Assembly: GCA_043767805.1 (NCBI GenBank)
Contig: JAYUGC010000090.1
Span: 1 to 30,766, forward strand
Direction of reading: 5' to 3'
Length of the DNA: 30,766 nucleotides
Source: Pseudomonadota bacterium
Lineage (GTDB): Bacteria > Bdellovibrionota > FAC87 > UBA2466
Shown: positions 1 to 9,860 of the stretch, piece by piece
Layout of the letters: each line of letters opens with the position of its first letter
Numbering within the stretch: position 1 is the first letter of the stretch
Made by a program: the position numbers and the translations under genes
The notes under the pieces: generated by a model
Told to the model about the DNA's origin: nothing
The model's database searches: none
Seen by the model: the letters and a program-made list of their open reading frames with translations, nothing else

Positions 1-1148
1 CCGAAAGACAAAATAAAGGGACCTACCTCATTCGCGTTTTTTAGTCCCTTCAGCCCGAAAAGTACCTCGGCCATCCTATCTTGCTTTTCCGGATAGCTCG
101 GCTGGACGATGTTCATGTGGGGGCCGTGAAACAGATCGTTTGCCGCGACCATTCTTCTGAGAGCGGGGCTCAGAAGCAAAGCATCGCGCAGCGTTTGTTC
201 GGCGCGGGCGTCCAGAACGAGATTCTTTTCCTTTACCTCACGCAGAGCCGCAATGATATCTGGTCCGGACTTAGTCCATTGCGTTTGGGAAAGACTTTTT
301 TCCTTCCAGCCGTAGTCACTCTCGGTATTCCAACGAGCATATTCCCCAAGCTTCAGCAAATTATGGACTCGGTCCGAAATTTCCGTCGTGGGCTCGCTTT
401 CAACAGGGGCCGAAGTCGGACCCTTTCTTTCTCTACTTTCGGTCTTTAGGCGATCTGCCAACGCGTAATCGCGATCGAAATGAGGAAACCAACGCCGGCC
501 CCCATTGGGCTTCTCGAAGTAGTTGGCGTATTTTACGACGTCCTCCGGAATGGGAAATCCGTTCTCCTTCATCTCCTCGATCGTCTGAAAGAACTCCGCG
601 CGCGCCCTCAGGGTGCGGGAAAGCCTTGAGGCAAAATTAATCGCGGTAACTCCAAAAAGCGGAATGCCTATGACGCCGTTGCCGCTTCCATCGTGCATTA
701 GAAGAGCCCCAGACAAAGCCGTGAACCCACCGGAGAATCCAAGGCCCAGGATATTGCGCTTAAAGCCCAGGCTCTCCATGGTGAGAACGCGATCGATCAC
801 TCGTAGGGCAGCGCCCTTCTCGAAAGTTTCCTTCCACTGCGCCTGGTACTCGCGGCCTCCGTCCCAGTGAGCTTCTTGAAAATCGCTGTAGCGGACATTG
901 GAATTTACGATCAAAGCTTGTTGGGCGGCGAGAGGTAGCTGAGAAATCTCCCGCATCCCTCCCTGCAGAAGTACGTCTTTTTCGGCATTCGCGCGCTCGG
1001 TACGGATTCCCAGGAGAATAGTTTGCGCGCGCTCAAGCGTGGTGGCCCGGCGAAGCAGGAGGATCGTTTCTTCGACTGACGCTGGTGTTTCCGCGAACGC
1101 GCGCGCCGACAGCAAAACCAGACAAGAAAATAGAACTATCCTCAACAT
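1..1148 (-). CDS. Hypothetical exported/membrane protein, partial (runs off the left edge)
   Basis: Not in the ORF track because no stop occurs in the window. ATG at 1148 gives MLRIVLFSCLVLLSARAFAETP (signal peptide, AFA site), and the frame reads open where checked down to the window edge (...EVGPFILSF). Two hydrophobic stretches lie mid-protein. Confidence 0.75.
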   Translation of the reverse strand, partial: MLRIVLFSCLVLLSARAFAETPASVEETILLLRRATTLERAQTILLGIRTERANAEKDVLLQGGMREISQLPLAAQQALIVNSNVRYSDFQEAHWDGGREYQAQWKETFEKGAALRVIDRVLTMESLGFKRNILGLGFSGGFTALSGALLMHDGSGNGVIGIPLFGVTAINFASRLSRTLRARAEFFQTIEEMKENGFPIPEDVVKYANYFEKPNGGRRWFPHFDRDYALADRLKTESRERKGPTSAPVESEPTTEISDRVHNLLKLGEYARWNTESDYGWKEKSLSQTQWTKSGPDIIAALREVKEKNLVLDARAEQTLRDALLLSPALRRMVAANDLFHGPHMNIVQPSYPEKQDRMAEVLFGLKGLKNANEVGPFILSF

Positions 1149-1348
1149 CCCAGGCCCCCCGCCAAGATTGTTGCAAAGCAAAAGCCAGCCCGTCTCGCTC
1201 GATTCACGCACGAAACCCCTTCGGGGACCGTCTGTCATGATGAGGGACTACGGGCCAAGGACGTATTTTGGACGTATTCTGTTTGTCTTATGACAGCGAT
1301 AACCTCTCTTTATTAGTCACGGGGGTGGCGCCATGAGTAGATAGGGAC

Positions 1349-2503
1349 ATGAAATACTTATTGATGCTTCTTGGGCTCGCTTCTCCGGTGTTTGCCACCC
1401 AGGCGCCGTATGTCGAAATTTTCAAGCCTCAGAACGGACAGCTCTTATTGGGCGTGGACCGCACCGCTACGAATTGGGGAGAAGACGTCGCGCACGGCCT
1501 CTCTGCAACGCCTCAGGTAGATCTGAGATGGCTTGGAACCTATAGCTTTTCCGGGCTTTTTGCCGGCGGCAAAGTCACCCTCGCGGTGACTTCTTATCAG
1601 ATGTGGCTTCTCACTCACCCGCAGGCGCATCGCAAAGACATTCCCGAGAACACTGAGAAAATGGCGGCCAAATTCGAGCTGCGGTTTCTAAAAGGCGCTC
1701 AATTGCTCTCGACTCAAACGGTAGTGGCCGATCAAGTCTTGGCTCGCCAAGAGTCGGACTACTGTTTCAAATGCGAAGATCATTCGAATCCGGCGTATGC
1801 GATTTTGGGCTCCGCCCAGGCGGACATTCCCTCGGACGCGACCGACGTGCACGCGGTGCTGCTCAAGGTGGTCGATTTGGACGGCGTAGAAAGCTCGCCA
1901 ATAGCCTTCGCGCAGAACTTCCCGATTTATTACCACGCCGATCCGAATCCCATTCACGTGCAAGGCAAGGCGCCCTTGAATCCTCTCGATACGAATGTTT
2001 CCCAGTTTCGCGTGATGGAGTCGGGCCGGCTAAAGAGCGGCAGCGCGGTGCAGATCGAGGCCGATGGATTTTTTAGCTCGCGGTCTTGGGCTTTCATTTT
2101 CGGCAACACGCCGGTGCGCGCGGCTTACGAAAAAACCCCGGTCTGCTACGACCGCATGAACCCGTCGCGCGCTCATTTTTCGAACGGCAACGACATCGAT
2201 CTCGATAAGAAGACGCTTTTCTACCGCGTCGACCGCGGTCAGTGGCAGAAAGCGGAGCTCTCCGCGAAACGGATGTTTGAGATCCCCGCCGTTAAAGGCG
2301 CGCTCCTCGAGCTCGCCTTCGAGTACACCTTCTCCAATAACTTGGAGAAAGGCTTATTCGACATCAACCGCTGCTATCAGATTAGCTCGAGCTTCGAATG
2401 GGTTCCCGTGCAGCCCGGAGTCAAGAGTGTGCCGCTCGGGACTTTTTACGATTCGCCCACGGGCAATTTGACGCAAGGCTGGGAGATTCAGCTCGAGCCC
2501 TAG
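1349..2503 (+). CDS. Hypothetical secreted protein (384 aa)
   Basis: Long ORF with signal peptide MKYLLMLLGLASPVFA; no family recognised. Confidence 0.8.
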   Translation: MKYLLMLLGLASPVFATQAPYVEIFKPQNGQLLLGVDRTATNWGEDVAHGLSATPQVDLRWLGTYSFSGLFAGGKVTLAVTSYQMWLLTHPQAHRKDIPENTEKMAAKFELRFLKGAQLLSTQTVVADQVLARQESDYCFKCEDHSNPAYAILGSAQADIPSDATDVHAVLLKVVDLDGVESSPIAFAQNFPIYYHADPNPIHVQGKAPLNPLDTNVSQFRVMESGRLKSGSAVQIEADGFFSSRSWAFIFGNTPVRAAYEKTPVCYDRMNPSRAHFSNGNDIDLDKKTLFYRVDRGQWQKAELSAKRMFEIPAVKGALLELAFEYTFSNNLEKGLFDINRCYQISSSFEWVPVQPGVKSVPLGTFYDSPTGNLTQGWEIQLEP

Positions 2504-3507
2504 GCGAGCACTGCTTCGGGCTCCGGATCGGGGCCGGGAACGATGACGCCCTTGCGTTTCAGATTCCAGTTCCAATAGCCGTCGAGCGCGAAGGCCGTCG
2601 CGACCGCGTAGACCGAGCCCCAGAGGATATCGAGTACGTAATGGTGGTTGAGATAGACCGCCGAGAAGCACATCAAAAGGAAGAACAACGTCGAGAACAC
2701 TCTGAGCGCGCCGAAGCGGAACGCGTAGTAAGCCATCATGAGCGGGTACGCGATGTGGAGAGACGGTATCGCGCCGTGCACATCCGCCGAGTGACCATAC
2801 CATTCGCGGAAGATGGGCATTCCGATCAAAGCATCGAAGCGCGCGCAACCGGCGACGTTCGCGGGCACATCTAACCGCGCGGGCCCAAGACCATAGAGTG
2901 CGACATACCAAGGCGGCGAAGCCGCGTACCAGTAATACGTCGAGTACCCGATGAGGTTCACCCAGAAGAACGCCCACATGATCTGCGGCGCCCGGTAACC
3001 GATGCTCCGCGGGTGCGCGATAGCCGTTCCCTTACGAGGCAACCAGAACCGCATGTAGAGCGCAGAGCCGAAGTAAACCGGAATGAAAATGATGTACGCA
3101 AGCCCCGTAAAGAAATCGAGAACGGGAATCGTATTGAGCTGCCACCACTCGTTCGGAGTCAGCACGCCCTTCGCCGTGTGGATGCCGAAGAAGCGCTTAT
3201 CGAACGCATACGGCTCCTGCACGTGAATGGGTCCCCGGATGAAATCCGAGTAGTAGCGCTGGCTATCGTAAATGGCGCTGATCAAGCAGAGCGGAAAAAC
3301 GAAATCGAGAAACGGCCTTACCTTTGGCCCCAAGTAGTAAAGCACCAGGGGGACGAAGCTGAAGACGAAGAGGTCCGGACGAAGGCCGCCCAAAGACGAA
3401 AGCACCGTCCAATACCCGATCGCCGCGACCAAAGGCCACCCGCGCTGAAAGGGCGTCAGAGGCTGCCACCAGTTCAGCCACTCTTGCTTGTTCCAGAATC
3501 TTTTCAC
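2500..3507 (-). CDS. PAP2-superfamily membrane phosphotransferase, AUR1/inositol-phosphorylceramide-synthase-like
   Basis: Multiple TM segments plus motifs PPWY, AGCARFD, GAIPSLH and SAVYLNHHYVLD, typical of the PAP2_3/Aur1-like family. Confidence 0.8.
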   Translation of the reverse strand: MKRFWNKQEWLNWWQPLTPFQRGWPLVAAIGYWTVLSSLGGLRPDLFVFSFVPLVLYYLGPKVRPFLDFVFPLCLISAIYDSQRYYSDFIRGPIHVQEPYAFDKRFFGIHTAKGVLTPNEWWQLNTIPVLDFFTGLAYIIFIPVYFGSALYMRFWLPRKGTAIAHPRSIGYRAPQIMWAFFWVNLIGYSTYYWYAASPPWYVALYGLGPARLDVPANVAGCARFDALIGMPIFREWYGHSADVHGAIPSLHIAYPLMMAYYAFRFGALRVFSTLFFLLMCFSAVYLNHHYVLDILWGSVYAVATAFALDGYWNWNLKRKGVIVPGPDPEPEAVLA

Positions 3508-3523
3508 GGCTGGGCTGGCTATA

Positions 3524-3991
3524 TCAGAAAACGATGCCTAATCCAGCTTTGATCTCGTTGGATCCGCCGCCAGGAAGATACCGGGTGTAGGTCACGTAAA
3601 CCCGGTCCAGCATGCCTACCAAACCGATGGTCAGACCGCCCGAAAGCACGCCGCCGAGTGAGCCCGAGCCGAACTTCTGAGCGCCGCCGCCGACCTCGAA
3701 GCCGAGTTTCGGGGCGAGGGCGAAATTGAGGAGCGCTTCGAAGTTGGTGAGCATGACGGAATTACCCAAAGGATCTTTCAGAGGCGAAATTCCCACTTCA
3801 CCCCGCAGACCTACCGGACCGAGCCCGAAAATCGGGGTCCAGGCGATTTGACCCGAGTAGCTATCCGACCCGCCACCGAGGATTGCGATGCCGCCCGCTT
3901 GGAACGAAAGGATCTTCACATCCGCCCGCGCGGGGCTGGAGGAAAAGGCCAGGGTCAGCCCGAACAGGACCAAAATGCCGAGTTTCTTCAT
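3524..3991 (-). CDS. Small outer-membrane beta-barrel protein
   Basis: GAGG SD before ATG 3991, signal peptide ending ARA, Gly-rich amphipathic strands and C-terminal AGLGIVF (terminal Phe). Confidence 0.7.
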   Translation of the reverse strand: MKKLGILVLFGLTLAFSSSPARADVKILSFQAGGIAILGGGSDSYSGQIAWTPIFGLGPVGLRGEVGISPLKDPLGNSVMLTNFEALLNFALAPKLGFEVGGGAQKFGSGSLGGVLSGGLTIGLVGMLDRVYVTYTRYLPGGGSNEIKAGLGIVF

Positions 3992-4116
3992 GATGTGCCT
4001 CACTTGGGGAGCTTTGGTTTCCCTATTTTTAACATTAAATGGAGAGCGGGGCCAGCCGGGCAAAACTAGGGTTGCCCAAGCCGTAAAACCCCGTTAAATC
4101 ATAGCGAACTGGTTAT

Positions 4117-4210
4117 GGCTCGGCCCTGCGCGACAAGTCCGTGCAAACCCCGTCAGGTCCGGAAGGAAGCAGCGGTAGCATCTGGATGAGTAGACGCAGG
4201 TACCCGAGCC
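4117..4210 (+). ncRNA. ffs: Signal recognition particle RNA (small bacterial 4.5S type)
   Basis: Conserved domain IV TCAGGTCCGGAAGGAAGCAGC, terminal stem GGCTCGG/CCGAGCC, downstream T-tract and canonical position upstream of dnaX. Confidence 0.95.
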
Positions 4211-4233
4211 TTCTTTTTTTGACTTAAGACTTC

Positions 4234-5979
4234 ATGGCTTATCTGGCGATAGCCCGAAAGTGGCGCCCTAGTACCTTCGAGGATTTAGTAGGGCAGACCC
4301 ACGTCGTTCAGACCTTAAAGAACGCGATCACGTACCAGCGTGTTTCCCATGCCTACTTGTTCAGTGGCGCCCGCGGGGTCGGCAAAACTTCCGTCGCGCG
4401 CATCTTCGCGATGGCGCTTCGTTGCCCGAACGTCAAAGACGGCACGCCCTGCAACACCTGCGAAGAGTGCCGCTCCATCATCGAAAGCCGCTCGGTGGAC
4501 GTCGCCGAAATCGACGGCGCTTCCAATAACGGCGTCGAAGCCGTGCGCGGCATCCGCGAGAACGTGGCGTACGCGCCCTCCAGCGGCATCTACAAGATTT
4601 ACATCATCGACGAAGTCCACATGCTTTCCTTAAGCGCGTTCAACGCGCTCTTGAAAACTTTGGAAGAGCCGCCCGAGCACGTGATCTTCATCTTTGCGAC
4701 GACCGAAGTGCAGAAGATCCCGGTCACTATTTTGTCGCGGTGCCAGCGTTTCGAGTTCCGCCGGCTCACCAATCCGCAAATCGTCGCGCGGCTCGAGCAC
4801 ATTCTCAAAGAAGAGAACTTGAAGCTGACCGAAGAAGCGCTGCGCACTCTCGCCGCTTACGGCGATGGCTCGCTTCGCGACTCGCTTTCGCTTCTCGATC
4901 AGGTTTTGTCGTATTACAGCCACGGCGAAGGCAGCCGTTCCGCGCTCGATGAAAAACAAGTCGTGGAAGCCTTGGGACTCAGCGATTCCAGCACGGTAGT
5001 CGCCTTCCTCGGCGCCATTCTCGCCAAAGACACCTCGTCCATCTTGAAAATCGTCGGCGACACCTATCAAAGCGGCGTCGACTTAAAGCGCTTCGCCGAG
5101 CGTTGTCTCGAAGAGCTCCGGCTCTTGTTTCTGCTCGTCGTCGCCCGCGATGGCTCCGAAAAGCTCACGGCGGAAAATCTCGATCTGTCGTCGAGCCGTT
5201 TCGCGGCTATCGAGCAAGTCGCGCAAAAGGCATCCTTGCTGCAAGTCGAGCGCATGTCGCAGATTTTGGGAAAGGCCATTCAGCAGATCGGCTGGAGTAG
5301 CCTGCCTCGTTACGTCATGGAGATGGCCGGCATCCGCATGTCGAAGCTCGACTTACTCGAGCAAATCGAAAAGTCGATGCTCGGTGGGGAGGCGCCCCAG
5401 GCCGCCCCTCAGCCTAAGCTTTCGCCTTCAGCTCCGGTTCCGCAGGCTAAATCTGAGGCTAAGGAGACGATGCCGGCCCCTCTAAGGACGGCTCCCGTTG
5501 CTCAAAGAGAGCAGCCTCCGCCGCCGACAGAAAATTTTCAAAGCAGGCCGTCTGGCCCGCCTCCCGGTCCTCCGCCCATGGGCACTGGCGGAAACAAAAG
5601 CTGGCAGGGTTTCGTCGACACGATCATGAAAAAGCGCCCGCTTCTCGGCGCCATTCTTTGCCACGGCGAGTTTCAATTGAAAGACGTCGCCGGCAGTGGC
5701 CGCATTGCTTCGATCACTTTCCCCGAAGGCAGCTTTTACGAGCGCCAGGCCAAGGAAACCAAAAACCGCGCCGACACCGAAGAGCTCTTGAAAGCTTATT
5801 TCGGCCCCGATGTCCGGCTCGAGCTTTCCTCCGGCAAGGGAGAAGAGATTAAAAGTATCGAGCACAACAAGCAGGCCGAAGCGGCTCAGATCCGTCAGGA
5901 CGCCCTCACCCATCCTACGGTCGTTAAAATGAAAGAGATGCTGGGCGCGGAAGTCATCGACGTTAACATCGAGGTCTAA
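4234..5979 (+). CDS. dnaX: DNA polymerase III subunit gamma/tau
   Basis: ARKWRP, Walker A GARGVGKT, Zn cluster PCNTCEEC, EIDGAS, IIDEVHML, SRC motif and Pro-rich linker. Confidence 0.97.
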   Translation: MAYLAIARKWRPSTFEDLVGQTHVVQTLKNAITYQRVSHAYLFSGARGVGKTSVARIFAMALRCPNVKDGTPCNTCEECRSIIESRSVDVAEIDGASNNGVEAVRGIRENVAYAPSSGIYKIYIIDEVHMLSLSAFNALLKTLEEPPEHVIFIFATTEVQKIPVTILSRCQRFEFRRLTNPQIVARLEHILKEENLKLTEEALRTLAAYGDGSLRDSLSLLDQVLSYYSHGEGSRSALDEKQVVEALGLSDSSTVVAFLGAILAKDTSSILKIVGDTYQSGVDLKRFAERCLEELRLLFLLVVARDGSEKLTAENLDLSSSRFAAIEQVAQKASLLQVERMSQILGKAIQQIGWSSLPRYVMEMAGIRMSKLDLLEQIEKSMLGGEAPQAAPQPKLSPSAPVPQAKSEAKETMPAPLRTAPVAQREQPPPPTENFQSRPSGPPPGPPPMGTGGNKSWQGFVDTIMKKRPLLGAILCHGEFQLKDVAGSGRIASITFPEGSFYERQAKETKNRADTEELLKAYFGPDVRLELSSGKGEEIKSIEHNKQAEAAQIRQDALTHPTVVKMKEMLGAEVIDVNIEV

Positions 5980-5981
5980 TC

Positions 5982-6299
5982 ATGTTCGACATGTTCAAGA
6001 AGGCTCAGGCGATGCGCGAGGAAATGGACCGCGTTCAGAATGAGATGGCCAAAATGACGGTGGAAGCCATGTCGGGCGGCGGCATGGTGAAAGTGACCTG
6101 TAATGGGAAACAAGAAATCCTGTCGGTGACGATCGATCCGGAAGTGCTTAAGCTTAACGATAAGGCGATGCTTCAGGATCTGGTGGTGGCGGGCGTGAAC
6201 TCGGCGATCAAGGCGAGCCAGGAGCTGGCGGCCAAGGAAGTCGCCAAATTGACCGCGGGCCTGGGCCCGCTGGCGGCGATGCTTAAGGGAGGCCAATGA
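5982..6299 (+). CDS. ybaB: YbaB/EbfC nucleoid-associated protein
   Basis: SGGGMVKV and LQDLVVAGVN motifs; lies between dnaX and recR. Confidence 0.95.
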   Translation: MFDMFKKAQAMREEMDRVQNEMAKMTVEAMSGGGMVKVTCNGKQEILSVTIDPEVLKLNDKAMLQDLVVAGVNSAIKASQELAAKEVAKLTAGLGPLAAMLKGGQ

Positions 6300-6916
6300 G
6301 CTTTTCGACCCCAAATCCGAGTAATGAGCCCTCACTTCTGGAAGCGCTCATCGACCAGCTGAAACAGCTTCCGGGCATCGGCAACAAAACCGCGACGCGC
6401 CTGGCCTATTTCGTCCTGCGCCAGCCCGATGAGTACGCCCGCAATTTAGCGACCGCGCTGATCGATGCTCGCGAAAAGCTTCATTTTTGCTCCGAGTGCT
6501 GCAATTTCAGTGAGACGCCTCTGTGTAACCTTTGCGCGAGCTCCGATCGGACGGACTCGATCGTCTGCGTCGTGGAACAGCCATCCGACGTCATCGCTTT
6601 CGAGAAAAGCCGGCAATTCAACGGCAAATACCACGTGCTCCACGGCGCCATTTCTCCTTTGGATGGGCCCGAAGAGAGCAATCTCAAGATTCAGCAGCTA
6701 CAAAACCGCGTTCGCTCCGGAAAGGTGAAGGAAGTCGTGCTCGCCACGAACCCCACCGCCGAGGGTGATACGACGGCGTTGTATGTGGCCAGGCTCATCA
6801 AATACAATGACGTCAAGGTGAGCCGTATCGCTCACGGAATACCTGTGGGCGCCGAGATCGAGTATCTCGACGGGGCGACCTTGGGAAAAGCGCTTCAGAA
6901 CCGCGTTGCGCTATAA
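6296..6916 (+). CDS. recR: Recombination mediator RecR
   Basis: HhH LPGIGNKTA, Zn finger CSEC..CNLC, Toprim CVVE, YHVLHG, LATNPTAEG and SRIAHGIP. Confidence 0.97.
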   Translation: MSFSTPNPSNEPSLLEALIDQLKQLPGIGNKTATRLAYFVLRQPDEYARNLATALIDAREKLHFCSECCNFSETPLCNLCASSDRTDSIVCVVEQPSDVIAFEKSRQFNGKYHVLHGAISPLDGPEESNLKIQQLQNRVRSGKVKEVVLATNPTAEGDTTALYVARLIKYNDVKVSRIAHGIPVGAEIEYLDGATLGKALQNRVAL

Positions 6917-6945
6917 GCGGACGCCTCTAGTAGTACGGATAACGA

Positions 6946-7527
6946 ATGTCGTTCATCAATCATGCCGCCCGGGAGATCAACTGTAAGGTGGTCTATTACG
7001 GACCGGGCTTGAGCGGCAAAACGACGAACCTCCAATACATCTTCGCGCAAACCGCTCCCGCGAGCCGTGGCGAGATGGTGTCGTTTCCGGGCGAGACTGA
7101 GCGCACTCTCTTTTTCGATTTTCTTCCGTTAAACATCGGCGAAATCCGCGGATTCAAAACCCGCTTTCACCTTTGCACCGTTCCCGGCCAGCATTTTTAC
7201 GATGCGAGCCGGCGCATGGTGCTAAAGGGCGTCGACGGGATCGTGTTCGTGGCGGATTCCACCGTCGAGCGCATGGAAGAAAATCTCGATAGTTTGAAAA
7301 GTCTCGACGTGAACTTGCGCGAGCAAGGTTACGACATGAAGCACATTCCGTTCGTCTTTCAGTGGAACAAGCGGGATGTCGAAAATCCGATTCCGGCCCA
7401 GGTGTTGAGAGAGCAGCTTAATACTTTCGGAGCGCCGGAGCTGGAAGCCATTGCCGTGCAGGGAGTTGGGGTCTTCGATACCCTGAAAGAGATCTCCAAA
7501 CTCATCTTGCGCTCCTTGCGCAGCTAA
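6946..7527 (+). CDS. mglA: MglA-family small Ras-like GTPase
   Basis: MSFIN..REINCK, P-loop YYGPGLSGKTT, RTLFFDFLP, TVPGQ and NKRD; closely resembles myxobacterial MglA. Confidence 0.95.
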   Translation: MSFINHAAREINCKVVYYGPGLSGKTTNLQYIFAQTAPASRGEMVSFPGETERTLFFDFLPLNIGEIRGFKTRFHLCTVPGQHFYDASRRMVLKGVDGIVFVADSTVERMEENLDSLKSLDVNLREQGYDMKHIPFVFQWNKRDVENPIPAQVLREQLNTFGAPELEAIAVQGVGVFDTLKEISKLILRSLRS

Positions 7528-7542
7528 CCGACGGGACGACAC

Positions 7543-7665
7543 TTGAAAACTCTGCCGCTTGCTTTGGCATTGCTTGGCTCCGCTCTGGCGCACGCCCACG
7601 ATAGCCAGGGCTGGGATATCGGCGTAAAGGGCGGCATCGTCACAGGGCGTCTGACAACACCTTGA
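7543..7665 (+). pseudogene. N-terminal remnant of a secreted/outer-membrane protein (40 aa)
   Basis: TTG start gives MKTLPLALALLGSALAHAHDSQGWDIGVKGGIVTGRLTTP*: a signal peptide plus an IGVKGG strand typical of OM barrel N-termini, then an abrupt stop. Confidence 0.5.
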
Positions 7666-7693
7666 CTGCCGAACTGGGCTATCGTATCGCGCT

Positions 7694-8410
7694 TTGACGA
7701 CGATGGAAGATTTAACTCCCATAGGCTATCTCAAGACCTGCTTCACGGAAAAATTCGGCGTGCCCCGGCAAGCGTTGATGACGACGGAAGCGCGCGGAGT
7801 CTTGAAGCTTAAGGACGATACGAAGTTTCGCGCGGCACTGGGGCATCTGGACCAGTTCAGCCATGTTTGGATCGTCTTTCTCTTTCATAAGAACGGCGGG
7901 GACTGGCATCCGCACATCGATTCGCCTCGCCTGGACGCGCCCAAAAACGTCGGAGTCTTCGCCACGCGCTCCCCGCACCGGCCAAATCCGATTGGTTTGT
8001 CGGCGGTGAAACTCGATCGCGTGGATCTAGAGGCGGAAGGCGGGCCGGAGATTCATTTGAGCGGCGTCGATATTTTGGATGGCACGCCGGTCTTGGACAT
8101 CAAGCCGTACCTTCCCTACGCCGATTCCATTCCTACCGCCAATATGGGTTGGATCGAAGGCGAGATAGAAAAGTACTCGGTCAGCTTTTCCCCTGACGCT
8201 CTGCAAGCCGTCAAAGATCCGCAAACCAAGCGGCTCATCGAGCAAATGCTCGAATGGGATCCTCGGCCAACGTCTCAACGACGCTCAGCGCCAATGAATG
8301 CGCCCGAGAGCGAAGGCAAACGGTTCGCCTTTCGGATCCTCGACCTCGACGTCAAATGGGAGATCAGGAAAGGCGGCCTCTTCGTCTTCGCCATCGTTCC
8401 TCTCCCCTAA
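7694..8410 (+). CDS. tsaA: tRNA (t6A37-N6)-methyltransferase TrmO/TsaA
   Basis: KFGVPRQ, GVFATRSPHRPNPIGLS and DGTPVLDIKPY. The start may be ATG 7703. Confidence 0.93.
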   Translation: MTTMEDLTPIGYLKTCFTEKFGVPRQALMTTEARGVLKLKDDTKFRAALGHLDQFSHVWIVFLFHKNGGDWHPHIDSPRLDAPKNVGVFATRSPHRPNPIGLSAVKLDRVDLEAEGGPEIHLSGVDILDGTPVLDIKPYLPYADSIPTANMGWIEGEIEKYSVSFSPDALQAVKDPQTKRLIEQMLEWDPRPTSQRRSAPMNAPESEGKRFAFRILDLDVKWEIRKGGLFVFAIVPLP

Positions 8411-8531
8411 ACAGCTGAGACTGCCTACAAAATCTTACTGGTTCCTTAACTAGTCCGCGATCGTGCGGGCTGCTAGTATCCGGCCGAAAACAAAACGAGA
8501 GCTCGAAGCTCTCAAAGTAGAGGAACACATC

Positions 8532-9050
8532 ATGAAGTACCTATTCGTAACTGCGATAGCGTTCTGTTTGTCGGCGTCCAACGTATTTGCCGAGAACCCG
8601 GATCCGGGCGGAATCGATCTTCAGGCCCTTGAGCAGGCGTTCGCCATCGAGAACACCTGGGCCAAGAAAGAGATCAAAGGACCTTGCGGCGAGATCCATT
8701 TGACCGACGCGCAGAAGGCGACCTTGAAAACCGCTTTCCTCAATCACAAGAAAGCCACCATTCAGTCGGAAGCCGCGCTCAAAGTCGCGGGTCTCGATTA
8801 TATCTTGGCTCTTACCGACGGCGCGGCGACACGTGCTACGGCCGACACGGCCGCGGGTAACCTCGCCACGGCGAAGGCAAAAATCGGAACGAACCATATG
8901 AACTTCGGCCACGAAGTTCTCTTCGACATCATCTCGGCGGATCAAAGAACGCCCGCGCTCAAGTGCATGCACCAGATTCACGAGCACATGAAAGCGGCGA
9001 AGCTGAAGCAGGCTTGCTCCAAGAAGCCTAAGCACCATCACCATCCCTAG
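8532..9050 (+). CDS. Secreted helical protein, possibly Spy/CpxP-like, with His-rich tail
   Basis: GAGGA SD, signal peptide ending VFA, LTDAQ (LTxxQ) and ISADQR motifs, C-terminal KHHHHP. Confidence 0.65.
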   Translation: MKYLFVTAIAFCLSASNVFAENPDPGGIDLQALEQAFAIENTWAKKEIKGPCGEIHLTDAQKATLKTAFLNHKKATIQSEAALKVAGLDYILALTDGAATRATADTAAGNLATAKAKIGTNHMNFGHEVLFDIISADQRTPALKCMHQIHEHMKAAKLKQACSKKPKHHHHP

Positions 9051-9056
9051 TCTTAA

Positions 9057-9088
9057 GACTCGGCCCCTGCGCGCGCGGGGGCCGAGTC
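9057..9088 (+). terminator. GC-rich hairpin, probable terminator
   Basis: GACTCGGCCCC...GGGGCCGAGTC directly after the stop at 9050; U-tract is weak. Confidence 0.6.
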
Positions 9089-9164
9089 GACTTTAAGTCT
9101 CCTCGGGATTTGATGGGCCGTCGGACCTGTGACACATCAGACCGAACCTTAATGAGGAGAGCCA

Positions 9165-9362
9165 ATGACCCGCATCCGTACCGCCCTGTTTAGCCTGATT
9201 TTCTGGTTCGCTGGCGTAAGCCAAGCCTCCTCGGCCAATCGCATCCTCGAGTGCGCGGGCGTGAACCTGGCCATCAAGGGCTGCGACGGTTACATCCGCC
9301 TCTATCTTTCCGAGCGTTCAGAGTCGGCCTTTATCACACCGCTCGCCAATGCCCGTTTCTAA
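9165..9362 (+). CDS. Short secreted ORF, probably a truncated remnant
   Basis: GAGGAG SD and signal peptide MTRIRTALFSLIFWFAGVSQA; only 65 aa. Confidence 0.45.
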   Translation: MTRIRTALFSLIFWFAGVSQASSANRILECAGVNLAIKGCDGYIRLYLSERSESAFITPLANARF

Positions 9363-9860
9363 AACCGTGGCTCGCGGTGCTTCCCTTTCTCTTTCCCTAT
9401 TTTACTTTTTTCAGCCGCTTGATTTGGGACTGCCACGCACCCTTGGCCGTACTCGCTTGCGTGAGCTATCTGATTTTTCTGAACTCCCCGCGACGAACTC
9501 TTCCCTCGGAGTGCTGATTAGCTACGTCGAGTCTCGCTCGGCTGCTCCCTGACGGGCCCCATCTTACTTACGGCCATCGACATCAGTAGATACCTTGGAC
9601 CTGGTTGGTACCTCACCGGGAATGGAAGCGTCTGGCTTTTGCGGATCGCGAATGCCAGCGTCGTAGTCTATTTCTTCTTCTACGCGGGGCTCGCCGATAT
9701 GATTCGTTACGTGCACAAGCGTTGGGGAAAACCGGTTCGTGCGATTCGCCACCGCGTTCTACGCCTTCTGTCTCATCGTGTGCTTAGTGAAGCTCGCGTT
9801 AAATCAAAGGCAGTGGGCGTAGGCGGTCACTATTCGCGCCCAATTCGCGTCTCTCTTTAA
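9350..9860 (+). pseudogene. Fragments of a degraded polytopic membrane protein (ArnT/GT-C-like?)
   Basis: Hydrophobic fragments in different frames (KPWLAVLPFLFPYFTFFSRLIWD..., GPGWYLTGNGSVWLLRIANASVVVYFFFYAGL) with no intact ORF. Confidence 0.4.

Noticed and set aside
5626..5637. dnaX -1 frameshift site
   Set aside because: The sequence is ATG AAA AAG, not the A AAA AAG heptamer; no other slippery site was noticed.
9057..9075. Similarity of the hairpin arm (CTCGGCCCCTGCGCG) to the SRP RNA 5' end
   Set aside because: Short GC-rich match with an indel and no SRP domain IV; explained as a terminator stem.
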